A stretch of DNA of 64,000 nucleotides, taken from assembly GCA_016188175.1 (NCBI GenBank), contig JACPII010000002.1, forward strand, positions 4,865 to 68,864, written 5' to 3'. Positions 41,338-50,043 of the stretch are shown one piece after another. The translations under genes and the position numbers were made by a program. This DNA is from Candidatus Woesearchaeota archaeon. GTDB lineage: Archaea; Nanobdellota; Nanobdellia; Woesearchaeales; JACPBV01. Each line of letters begins with the position of its first letter. Position 1 is the stretch's first letter. The notes under the pieces were generated by a model. It was given only the letters and a program-made list of their open reading frames with translations, did not search any database and was not told where the DNA came from.

Positions 41338-41543
41338 GTAATTAGTCAGGAGCCTGAAGTTTTGGTTTTGACATTTCTACTTATCCGGTCAGGAAACCCA
41401 ATAACAATGGCGAGGCGAGGTCGGGGCCGCCCTCCTCCTGCAAGGCAGGAACGCTAGATTCTCCTCCGTCCGAAGGACCGGAACACTACGCTCACCCCTC
41501 CGGGGTGACCGAGCAGGGCAAATCCGAGCGTAGCGAGGATTTG
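41338..41543 (+). repeat. Repeat family E copy 2 (lacks the right TIR, has a 8-nt insertion). Right border of the island.
   Basis: Direct repeat of 29764-29961. Confidence 0.8.
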
Positions 41544-41645
41544 GGCTTTGAATGCGTCCATTCCATCCGGCCTTTGACTTGTGGTGTCGGATTTCTTTTG
41601 AAAACCCCCTAAATTTATATACACCTTTATTCCCCTTCCCCAACT

Positions 41646-44402
41646 ATGAAAAGTCCCAGCAAGCCCCAGATCATCGTAACAAGCGCATTGCCCTACGCGA
41701 ACGGCCCCATTCACGTAGGCCACCTTGTCGAATATATCCAGACAGACGCCTATGTAAGATTCCTCAAGCTCACCGGCGAAAACGCGCTTTACTGCTGCGC
41801 CGACGACACCCACGGAACCCCCATCCAGATCCTTGCAGAAAAAGAAGGCATCCTTCCGGAACAGCTGATCCAGAGGTACCATCAGGAGCACCTGAGGGAT
41901 TTCACTTCCTTCTCCATTGAATTCGACTCCTATTATTCGACGAACAGCAGCGAAAACAAGCAGCTCAGCGACCTGTTCTTTGAGCGCCTGAAAAAGAAAA
42001 AACTCATCTACACAAAAGAAGTCGAGCTCTCTTACTGCAGCCGATGCAATAGATTCCTTCCGGACAGGTATATCAAGGGCAAATGCCCAAAATGCAGCGC
42101 TCCTGACCAGTATGGGGATGTGTGCGAGCAATGCAACTCCACCCACGCAACGACCGACCTTGTTGACCCCTACTGCACCGTCTGTGGAACTCCCCCGGCA
42201 AAAAAGAGATCGAGCCATTATTTCTTCAGGCTCAGCTCATTTGCAGGATTCCTCAAAAGATGGTTTGCATCAAATAAAAGCCTCCAGCCGGAGATCAAGC
42301 ATTACCTCGAAAACTGGATCAAGGAAGGCCTCCAGGACTGGGACATCTCAAGAGACGGACCTTACTTTGGGTTCAAGATTCCCGGCGAAGAGGATAAATA
42401 TTATTATGTCTGGCTCGACGCCCCCATAGGATATATCTCAAGCTTCACTCACGCGATAGGCAATGACATCAAACAGGGGGAAAAGGGATGGAACAGCTCA
42501 ACGATTACCCATTTTATCGGTAAAGATATCATCTACTTCCACTTCTTGTTCTGGCCGGCTATGCTCGAAGCAGCAGGGTTCAAGCTTCCGGAAACCATCG
42601 TCGTCCATGGTTTTCTCACGGTAAACGGCGAAAAGATGTCCAAGAGCAGAGGCACATTCTTCACCGCAGAGGAATTCGCGAGCAAATACCCGCCGGAATT
42701 CCTCAGGTTCTATTACGCGAAGTCCTTGAGCAAGAAACTGGCAGACATCAACCTGGACTTTAAGGACTTCTACGAGGCTATCAACAATGAATTGGTCGGC
42801 AACATCGCCAATTACTGTTACCGGGCGCTGTCCTTCACCAACAGATTCCTCAATTCCGAGGTTGGGGAAAAAGCCAGGGATCCGAAGCTGGAAAAGACAA
42901 TATTGGAAAAAGCCGAAAAGATCAGGGGCGCCTATGCATCGTTCAACTTCAGCGAGGCAGTTAAGGAAATACTCGCCATCGCAGACCTGGGAAACCAATA
43001 TTTCCAGAAGGCCGAGCCCTGGAAGCTCGTGAAAGAAGATAAGGTGTCAGCCCAGCAAGCCGTGGCGTTGAACCTCAACATCGTAAAGATCCTTTCCATC
43101 CTGCTCGCTCCGATACTGCCGGCCTTCGCCAAAGAGCTCCAAAGCCAGCTCGGCATTGACAGATCATCCTGGAAAGACATCAATTTCACATTTGAAAACA
43201 AGACCATCGGCGATGCAAAGATTGTCTTGAACAAGATAGATGCAGAAGCCCCAGCCCTGGAGAAGAAAGAGCCCCGTAAGGAAATAAAAGTATCGACTGA
43301 GCCAGAAGCGAAAGCTCTGGGCATAAAGGTTGTCTGGGCAAGGATCGATGATGTTAATATCAAAAACAAGCACGAAGGTTTGGAGAGATATAAGAAAGTC
43401 ATCATTGAAGAAATAAAAAGTAAAGGTCTCTTGAACATCCCCTTCATCAAGGGGTATCATGACCTCTACGGCAGGTGCAATGTGTCCGATGGTGAAACTC
43501 CGCCGGAATACCTCCTGCGCCTCATCAAGGAAAAAGGAAGGCTTCCTTCTATCAATACAGCAGTAGACGCATACAACCTTGTCAGCCTGAAATACGCCCT
43601 TTCCTTGGGTGCCCACGATATCAGCAAGATACAAGGTAACGTTTCCATGAAAGTTTCTTCGGGCGGTGAAGAGTTCATCCCCTTGGGTTCAAAAGAGCCG
43701 GTACAAGTAAAGAAAGGAGAATATGTTTGCGCGGATGAAGAGCACGTCCTCTGCTGGCTTGATATCAAGCAGGGGATGTACACGCCGGTAGCCGCAAACA
43801 CAAAAAGCATCCTTCTGTATGCCCAGGGAAATAAGAACACCCCTGAAGATTCTCTAAGAAAATCGGTCGAGGAAGCCTGCAATCTTATTACAAAATACTG
43901 CGGAGGAGAATATGTGATCCTTTCCGAAAAGGAAGAATCTGCCCGTTTCCCGCTCAACCTCAAGGTCGGCAAAATAATTGGCGTCAAAGACCATCCTGAC
44001 GCGGAAAAGCTTTACATCCTGCAGGTCGACTTAGGAAACGAAAAAAGGCAGCTGGTTGCCGGATTGAAGGGCTATTACCCGAAAGAAGCCCTGCTCAACA
44101 AAAAAATAATCGTAGTTGCAAACCTGAAGCCGGCAAAATTAAGGGGCATCCTCAGCGACGGCATGCTCCTGGCAGCAGATGACGGAAAAACGGTTGAAGT
44201 GCTCCACCCGGAAGGAAACCCCGGAGATAAAGTCACCTGCGGGGATGCAGAAAACAGCACAGAAACGGTAACGTTTGAGGACTTTATGAAATCAACAATC
44301 GTAGTCAAGGATCGTCATGTCGTTTGCGATGGAAAGCCGTTGGACGTCAAGGGAAGATTGGTAAGTGTCAATAAAACGGGAGACGGGGCGAAAGTTCGAT
44401 AA
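41646..44402 (+). CDS. metG: Methionyl-tRNA synthetase. The core is followed by an inserted B3/4 (PheT editing-domain-like) domain and a C-terminal EMAP/Trbp111-type tRNA-binding domain, that is, a YtpR-like module fused to MetRS.
   Basis: HIGH (PYANGPIHVGH), KMSKS, Zn knuckles CSRC/CPKC. The B3/4 consensus (VDayN...HAhD...GE.f..L....AD....G......T) and the tRNA_bind motif (VGKIIGVKDHPDAEKLYILQVDLG) match from memory. Confidence 0.93.
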   Translation: MKSPSKPQIIVTSALPYANGPIHVGHLVEYIQTDAYVRFLKLTGENALYCCADDTHGTPIQILAEKEGILPEQLIQRYHQEHLRDFTSFSIEFDSYYSTNSSENKQLSDLFFERLKKKKLIYTKEVELSYCSRCNRFLPDRYIKGKCPKCSAPDQYGDVCEQCNSTHATTDLVDPYCTVCGTPPAKKRSSHYFFRLSSFAGFLKRWFASNKSLQPEIKHYLENWIKEGLQDWDISRDGPYFGFKIPGEEDKYYYVWLDAPIGYISSFTHAIGNDIKQGEKGWNSSTITHFIGKDIIYFHFLFWPAMLEAAGFKLPETIVVHGFLTVNGEKMSKSRGTFFTAEEFASKYPPEFLRFYYAKSLSKKLADINLDFKDFYEAINNELVGNIANYCYRALSFTNRFLNSEVGEKARDPKLEKTILEKAEKIRGAYASFNFSEAVKEILAIADLGNQYFQKAEPWKLVKEDKVSAQQAVALNLNIVKILSILLAPILPAFAKELQSQLGIDRSSWKDINFTFENKTIGDAKIVLNKIDAEAPALEKKEPRKEIKVSTEPEAKALGIKVVWARIDDVNIKNKHEGLERYKKVIIEEIKSKGLLNIPFIKGYHDLYGRCNVSDGETPPEYLLRLIKEKGRLPSINTAVDAYNLVSLKYALSLGAHDISKIQGNVSMKVSSGGEEFIPLGSKEPVQVKKGEYVCADEEHVLCWLDIKQGMYTPVAANTKSILLYAQGNKNTPEDSLRKSVEEACNLITKYCGGEYVILSEKEESARFPLNLKVGKIIGVKDHPDAEKLYILQVDLGNEKRQLVAGLKGYYPKEALLNKKIIVVANLKPAKLRGILSDGMLLAADDGKTVEVLHPEGNPGDKVTCGDAENSTETVTFEDFMKSTIVVKDRHVVCDGKPLDVKGRLVSVNKTGDGAKVR

Positions 44403-44412
44403 CAACCAGTAT

Positions 44413-44611
44413 GTATTAAGCTCCTATCGGAGCGGCTCTGCAATCTTCAAAACTCCCGATGGATTGTACGATGGCCCTGCGTCCCCGTAAGGGAAGGCGA
44501 AAAGTTCCGGTGCCTTTGGCACGGAGGGCGACCCCCGCGACGGTCTTGTTGTTTTCATCAATGGAGTTTTGACCTTAGGATGGCAGAGCCGCACTTAACG
44601 GAGCTTAATAC
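44413..44611 (+). mobile_element. MITE-like element, family A-D copy C (TIR GTATTAAGCTCCTATCGGAGCGGCTCTGC / GCAGAGCCGCACTTAACGGAGCTTAATAC)
   Basis: Terminal inverted repeats. Shares a core with copies A and B and 62337-62603. Confidence 0.6.
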
Positions 44612-44621
44612 ATGCACAACC

Positions 44622-45100
44622 ATGGTAAAAATCCAACTCCCGGTAGAGCACGAGATCAGCCTCTGGCTTGACACCTATGACGATATTTTCTCAGACTTTG
44701 ACCCGCGGCCTTATTCCGAACGCGCTCTCTCCGGCTTAAGCTCCTCCTTCCCGAAACCCAGAGAAACAGCGCCCATGAGTCGACCATCAAGCATCGCTTA
44801 AAGGAGCATTTCCAGAAGCACAACCGGGAGTTCAAGCGAAGAAGGAAAGAAATTGCGCTTCAGGGGGTTGCATTTGTCATCCTGGGAGTAGCCCTCATGT
44901 TCATCGCCTCCCTCATCCTGTTCAAAACAAGCGAAGACAGCCTAGGCAGGAGCTTCCTTATCGTTCTTCTGGAGCCCGCCGGATGGTTCCTCTTCTGGGA
45001 AGGCCTCAATCTCGTCATCTTTGAATCAAAGAAGATCCAGCCGGACTATCTTTTCTATGACAAGATGAGCAGGAGCCAGACGCAGTTTAATACCTATTAA
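44622..45100 (+). pseudogene. Frameshifted (or mis-sequenced) gene for a small membrane protein. The N-terminal part in frame 0 (44622-44801) and the C-terminal part in frame +2 (44702-45100, two TM helices) overlap. One extra A in the AAA run at 44764-44766 fuses them.
   Basis: Manual three-frame translation. Both parts have coding-like composition, and the second has no start of its own until 44897. Confidence 0.4.
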
Positions 45101-45334
45101 AAAGAATATTTCCTGTAATTCTCGATCAGTTATTATTGGTAACTCTCCCCGGGGTAAGGGGCGGTTGGAAAAGGATATTTTCTCAGCCCTTCCCCACCAT
45201 AAAATTTTGGAGATTCTTTATCTGGATTTTCTAAAGGCACATCACCCTAAGATCCCCCCACTATCCCGCGGCCTACAGATTTCGATTGCCAATAAATAGT
45301 TAAGTTTATATAGTAAATAACCTTTTTTAGGGTT

Positions 45335-45925
45335 ATGGATGAACAAAATGAACCACTAATCACACTTTTCGGAAAAGTAGAGCTTGCTACGATAGAAAAA
45401 AAACTGAAAGGGACAAAGCTCAAGCAGACAGAAAAAAACTACCTATCGCGCTCCATCCGGCCAAAATTAAGGGCTGCACAGCTTGCCATTGGGCTGAACC
45501 TGTTATCAAGGATAAGCAACAGGAAAAAAGAGAATACTATTTTGATTGAAAATAACCTTGATTTTTATGGATACCCCTTGATAGGAATAAGAAAACGGCC
45601 AATAAAAAGATTCATCGAAGCAATCCCCATACTGATAACAAAAAACCCAATTGACCCGTTCAAATTGCTTGAGATTGCAGCAAAACACGGCATAAAAAAC
45701 CAGATAGGGTACCTGTTGGAAACAGCATTCACCATAAAGCCGGTGCCAAAGCTCAAGCCGCTTCTCAAATACCTGGAAGATTCCAAAGAGCAGCGCATCC
45801 AGCAATTAGTCGAGGGTGATGCAGAGTTTCTGAAAAAGACTTCCCCCTCAAGGATAAAAAGATGGAATCTGTTAGGTAGGTTCTTTGACGAAGATTTCAA
45901 GGCATTGGCAGAGGCATACCCATGA
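45335..45925 (+). CDS. Hypothetical protein, upstream partner of an NTase-like gene (ATGA overlap)
   Basis: ORF track. Confidence 0.5.
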   Translation: MDEQNEPLITLFGKVELATIEKKLKGTKLKQTEKNYLSRSIRPKLRAAQLAIGLNLLSRISNRKKENTILIENNLDFYGYPLIGIRKRPIKRFIEAIPILITKNPIDPFKLLEIAAKHGIKNQIGYLLETAFTIKPVPKLKPLLKYLEDSKEQRIQQLVEGDAEFLKKTSPSRIKRWNLLGRFFDEDFKALAEAYP

Positions 45926-46425
45926 TCGATAAGAGCGCCTTGCTCCAATGGCTAAAGGAGATAGACCTCAGACTCAAAAGCAGGATGACCATTGTAGCAG
46001 TTGGCGGAACTGCAATGACCTTATTAGGTTTGAAGCCCTCAACAATAGACATTGACCTGTGTGTAACCGCAAAGGATAAACTCAAACTTGAAAGCACCGC
46101 AGGAAAGAAGTTTAGGGTGGATTTTTTTACCGACGGTTATATCTTCTCCGAGCAGTTGCCGGAGGATTACGTCGAAAAGGCAAAAGAGATCCTCGCATTG
46201 AAGAACCTTGTCGTGAAAGCGTTAAGCCCTGGGGATATTATCATCACGAAAGCTGCTAGGCTTAATGCGCGGGACGAGGAAGACATCAAATCTTTAGTGA
46301 AATTCGTTGCCAGGGAAGAATTGATTGAAAGATTTTCCCAAGTTGTTGGAACATATGCAGGCAATGAAGAGCAATACCGATATCACATGGAAGTCATATT
46401 GAGAAGGTTCTACAGCCAGCCATAG
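45922..46425 (+). CDS. Nucleotidyltransferase-fold protein (AbiEii/MNT-like)
   Basis: IVAVGGTAMTLLGLKPSTIDIDLCV NTase motif. Confidence 0.5.
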   Translation: MIDKSALLQWLKEIDLRLKSRMTIVAVGGTAMTLLGLKPSTIDIDLCVTAKDKLKLESTAGKKFRVDFFTDGYIFSEQLPEDYVEKAKEILALKNLVVKALSPGDIIITKAARLNARDEEDIKSLVKFVAREELIERFSQVVGTYAGNEEQYRYHMEVILRRFYSQP

Positions 46426-46484
46426 CTTCCACCCATCTTGCACCCTTCCAAAAGTATTTATATACTGCCATCTTACCGGTTGGT

Positions 46485-48689
46485 ATGACAAACCCATTAC
46501 CGTCAGTAGGTAGAAAACAGAGGAGTAGGCCAAGACAGCAAGCCCCCTTGCTCCCAATGATTGCGCTTTCAGTCATTCTTCTGTTTATAGCATCCTGCAA
46601 GATTATCCCTGAGCCAGGAACCTACAAAGACACCCAGTTTTTTGACCCGGAAAAAGACCTAAGGCCATTGACCTTCTCATCGGAAGACCAGTTCAATTCT
46701 TTTTTTAAGCAATATCAGCAGGGAAGGGATTTCGGAGGCTTTGGGGGCGTTTTCCGTAGCGATGTCGCGATGATGGAAAGCGCCGTAGTAAGCAAGGCAG
46801 TTTCTCCCGAAGCAGCCCCATCCGCTCAAAGAGACTTCTCGAAGACAAACGTTCAGGTTGAGTCGATCGACGAAGCAGACATCATCAAGACAGACGGCAA
46901 TTATATTTACACGATCACCGAAAAAACGTTGTTTATCATCAAGGCCTACCCTGGCGAGGACGCTGAGCTCATTTCAACGGTTCAGCTTGACAACTACCCC
47001 CAAGGAATCTTCATCGACGGAGATTACCTCGGAGTGTTCGGCAATACGGACCATCCAAAGCTCCTCAATAAGCTTGGCATCGGAAGAACCCGGGGGATGT
47101 CCTTCTTTACTAGGTATAATGTTGCAGATAAAAAAAACCCTAAGGTTGAAAAGGAATTCAAGCTTGAAGGCAGCTATTTTGAAGCAAGGATGTTCGGAGA
47201 TTATGTTTACCTTGTTACCGTAGCGTGGCCCGATTCACGGCTCCATTACCCCACCCCCATCATCATGGAAGGGACCGTGCTTAAATCGATGCCCGTCAGC
47301 GACATCATCTACTTCCCCATCCCGTATGACAGCCCCCAGATGGCGACCATCTATTCCTTTAAGCTCTCAGAGCCAGAAAAAGATATCACCTCAAAGACAT
47401 TGGTCGTAGAAGGCGCCAATAACCTGTACATGTCGGAAAACAATCTGTATCTGACCTACACAAAGTATATCAATGAATGGCAGATAAGCCAGAAGATAAC
47501 GAAGGAGGCTGTTGAGCCAATGCTCTCACCGGAAGAAAGATCGTTTGTCGAAAAGATAAAAGCAGCAGACCCCGATATCCTATCCCCCGGAGAGAAAGAG
47601 CAGAAGATCATGCAGGTCATCCAGGATTTTATCAATGCTCTCGATGGTGAAGGCCAGGAAGCGCTGAGGGATGAGATTGAGAAGAAAGTTCAGAACACCT
47701 TGCAAGAGTATGAATTCCTTGAGTACACCGTCATCCATAAGGTATCCCTGGACAAAGGCAATATTGAGGTCAAAGCTTCAGGGAGTGTTCCAGGCCATAT
47801 CACCAACCAGTTTTCTCTTGACGAAAAAGATGATGTTCTGAGGATTGCCACGACTGCGAATGAACGATGGCAGATATCAAAGGAACAAGACGCAAGGGGA
47901 GAAGGGGAGAAACCCGCAGGACAGGCTGAAAAGACGAGGATCACGATCATGCCCCCCATAAGAAGGTCCTCCTCATCCAACAACATTTTCACCCTTGACA
48001 AAAGCCTAAAAATTCTTGGCTCACTCAAAGGCCTTGCAGAAGGGGAGCAGATATACTCCGCGAGATTCATCGGCGGCCGATTGTATATGGTCACGTTCAG
48101 GCAGGTTGACCCGTTCTTTGTCATTGACTTAAGCAATCCAACCAATATCAAAGAGCTCGGAAAGCTGAAGATTCCCGGGTTCAGCAGATACCTCCACCCC
48201 TACGATGAAGACACCATCATCGGCATCGGAAGGGATGCGTCGGACGAAGGCAGGCAGAAAGGGATCAAGATTTCGCTGTTCGACGTGTCCGATGTAAAAA
48301 ACCCCCAGGAGATTGCAAAATGGGCAGCAAAAGAGCGTTATTCCCAAACAACAGCAGAATGGGAGCATAAAGCATTCCTCTTTTCAAAAGAAAAGGAGCT
48401 CCTGGTCATCCCCGGATATAATTACGACTACAATGACCGTGATGGAAGCTACAACGGGGCATTGGTATTCAAAATCACCAAAGATGACATCAAGCTAAGG
48501 GGCATCATCGACCACTCAGAAGCAAAGCGGCAATGGTATGCCCCCCAGGTTGAAAGAAGCCTGTACATTGAGGAACTGCTCTACACCAAATCTCCAACGC
48601 TGCTCAGGATCAATGAGATAGAGAGTCTCGAAAAAGTGAAGAACATTGAGCTGAAAAAGGATAAAGAAGGTCCGTATAAGATGTACTGA
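46485..48689 (+). CDS. Secreted lipoprotein with a C-terminal beta-propeller domain (COG4880-type archaeal family)
   Basis: Lipobox LFIASC after a signal peptide. Family resemblance from memory. Confidence 0.65.
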   Translation: MTNPLPSVGRKQRSRPRQQAPLLPMIALSVILLFIASCKIIPEPGTYKDTQFFDPEKDLRPLTFSSEDQFNSFFKQYQQGRDFGGFGGVFRSDVAMMESAVVSKAVSPEAAPSAQRDFSKTNVQVESIDEADIIKTDGNYIYTITEKTLFIIKAYPGEDAELISTVQLDNYPQGIFIDGDYLGVFGNTDHPKLLNKLGIGRTRGMSFFTRYNVADKKNPKVEKEFKLEGSYFEARMFGDYVYLVTVAWPDSRLHYPTPIIMEGTVLKSMPVSDIIYFPIPYDSPQMATIYSFKLSEPEKDITSKTLVVEGANNLYMSENNLYLTYTKYINEWQISQKITKEAVEPMLSPEERSFVEKIKAADPDILSPGEKEQKIMQVIQDFINALDGEGQEALRDEIEKKVQNTLQEYEFLEYTVIHKVSLDKGNIEVKASGSVPGHITNQFSLDEKDDVLRIATTANERWQISKEQDARGEGEKPAGQAEKTRITIMPPIRRSSSSNNIFTLDKSLKILGSLKGLAEGEQIYSARFIGGRLYMVTFRQVDPFFVIDLSNPTNIKELGKLKIPGFSRYLHPYDEDTIIGIGRDASDEGRQKGIKISLFDVSDVKNPQEIAKWAAKERYSQTTAEWEHKAFLFSKEKELLVIPGYNYDYNDRDGSYNGALVFKITKDDIKLRGIIDHSEAKRQWYAPQVERSLYIEELLYTKSPTLLRINEIESLEKVKNIELKKDKEGPYKMY

Positions 48690-48714
48690 TTTTGTTATAG
48701 TAAACCGCACAAAT

Positions 48715-48860
48715 ATGTCAAGAACCACCTTTCAATAGACCAGTGGCATGGTTAAGTGGCAAGAAACCCTCGAAGTGGTTCTTGACACTTGAAATTCCAC
48801 CATACTGTGGTGGTTCTTGAGCACAACTCATTCCACCATTCAATAGAATGGTGGAATTTC
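48715..48860. promoter_or_regulatory. Cluster of inverted/direct repeats in a convergent intergenic region. It contains TGTCAAGAACCAC / GTGGTTCTTGACA (13-bp inverted repeat), a third GTGGTTCTTGAGCAC, and GAAATTCCACCAT / ATGGTGGAATTTC (13-bp inverted repeat).
   Basis: Read directly from the sequence. No ORF. Confidence 0.4.
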
Positions 48861-49187
48861 ATTGTTTGAACATTTGGATATGCGATTTACTATAGAGGAC
48901 TTTGGATAACCCGCTGGATGCGGGATTATTCAAAGTAATCCATAGCAACTGATACAAATTATAATACGACGTGTCAGTTGGTATGCTCAGAAGACGCAAA
49001 AATTTTGTATCAATATTACGTCTTCTGCTGTATTAGAGTTTTGAAAAAACTTTGTATGTTATTCAAACTCCCTATAATAGCAAACCTCGCAAAAGTTCAA
49101 TAATTTACGAGATTTGCGATTATAACAAAAGCCGCACTAATCCCGACCTTGATCCCGGGCTGTCGATGAATAAATACCAAAAAAATA

Positions 49188-50042
49188 TTACCCCAGCAGC
49201 CCAATAATCTCAGAAGGCAGCCTCGCCACTTTAACCCCGATTCGCTCAAACGCATTTATTTTTGACTCTGCAGTCCCTGCATTCCCTGTGATGATGGCGC
49301 CCGCATGCCCCATCCGTTTTCCCTTAGGGGCATGCACCCCCGCAATATACGCGACAACTTTTTTCGAAACGTGATTCTGGATAAACTCCGCCGCCCTTTC
49401 TTCCTGGTCACCGCCAATCTCACCGATCAAGACAATTTCCCTTGTCTCATCGTCCTTCCCAAAATAGGCGAGCGCGTCAATAAAGTTTGTCCCGACGATT
49501 TGGTCTCCGCCGATGCCGATGACGGTGCTCTGGCCAATCCCCTTTCTAGTCATCTGCTCGATGATCTCGTAGGTCAGAGTGCCAGACCGGGAGATAACAC
49601 CCGTATTCCCTTTGCTGAAGATATGCCCGGGCATTATTCCCAGCTTGGTTTCCCCGGGAGTGATGATCCCCGGGCAGTTTGGCCCAATGACGAGCCTCTT
49701 TTTTCCCCGGGCAAATTCAATGATGGAAAGAACATCGTGCAGGGGAACATTCTCCGTGATAAGCACAGTATCAAGGCCATTCGACAATGACTCGAAGGCA
49801 GCATCTTTTAAGAATTTGGCCGGAACAAAAATGATGGAAAAGTCAGCCGGATGCATCGCAAGGGCGTCTTTCACCGTCCCAAAGACAGGAACACCCTCGA
49901 CGGACTGTCCGGCCTTTCCCGGAGTGACCCCTGCAACGATCTGAGTCCCGTACTCAAGCATGAGCTTTGTATGAAAGCTTCCCTGCTGGCCCGTAATCCC
50001 CTGGACAATTACCTTTGTGTTTTTACCGACTAAGACAGCCAT
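49188..50042 (-). CDS. sucD: Succinyl-CoA synthetase alpha subunit (start at MAVLVGKNT)
   Basis: CoA-binding GITGQQGSFH and phosphohistidine region. ATG overlaps the sucC stop. Confidence 0.93.
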   Translation of the reverse strand: MAVLVGKNTKVIVQGITGQQGSFHTKLMLEYGTQIVAGVTPGKAGQSVEGVPVFGTVKDALAMHPADFSIIFVPAKFLKDAAFESLSNGLDTVLITENVPLHDVLSIIEFARGKKRLVIGPNCPGIITPGETKLGIMPGHIFSKGNTGVISRSGTLTYEIIEQMTRKGIGQSTVIGIGGDQIVGTNFIDALAYFGKDDETREIVLIGEIGGDQEERAAEFIQNHVSKKVVAYIAGVHAPKGKRMGHAGAIITGNAGTAESKINAFERIGVKVARLPSEIIGLLG

Positions 50043-50043
50043 G

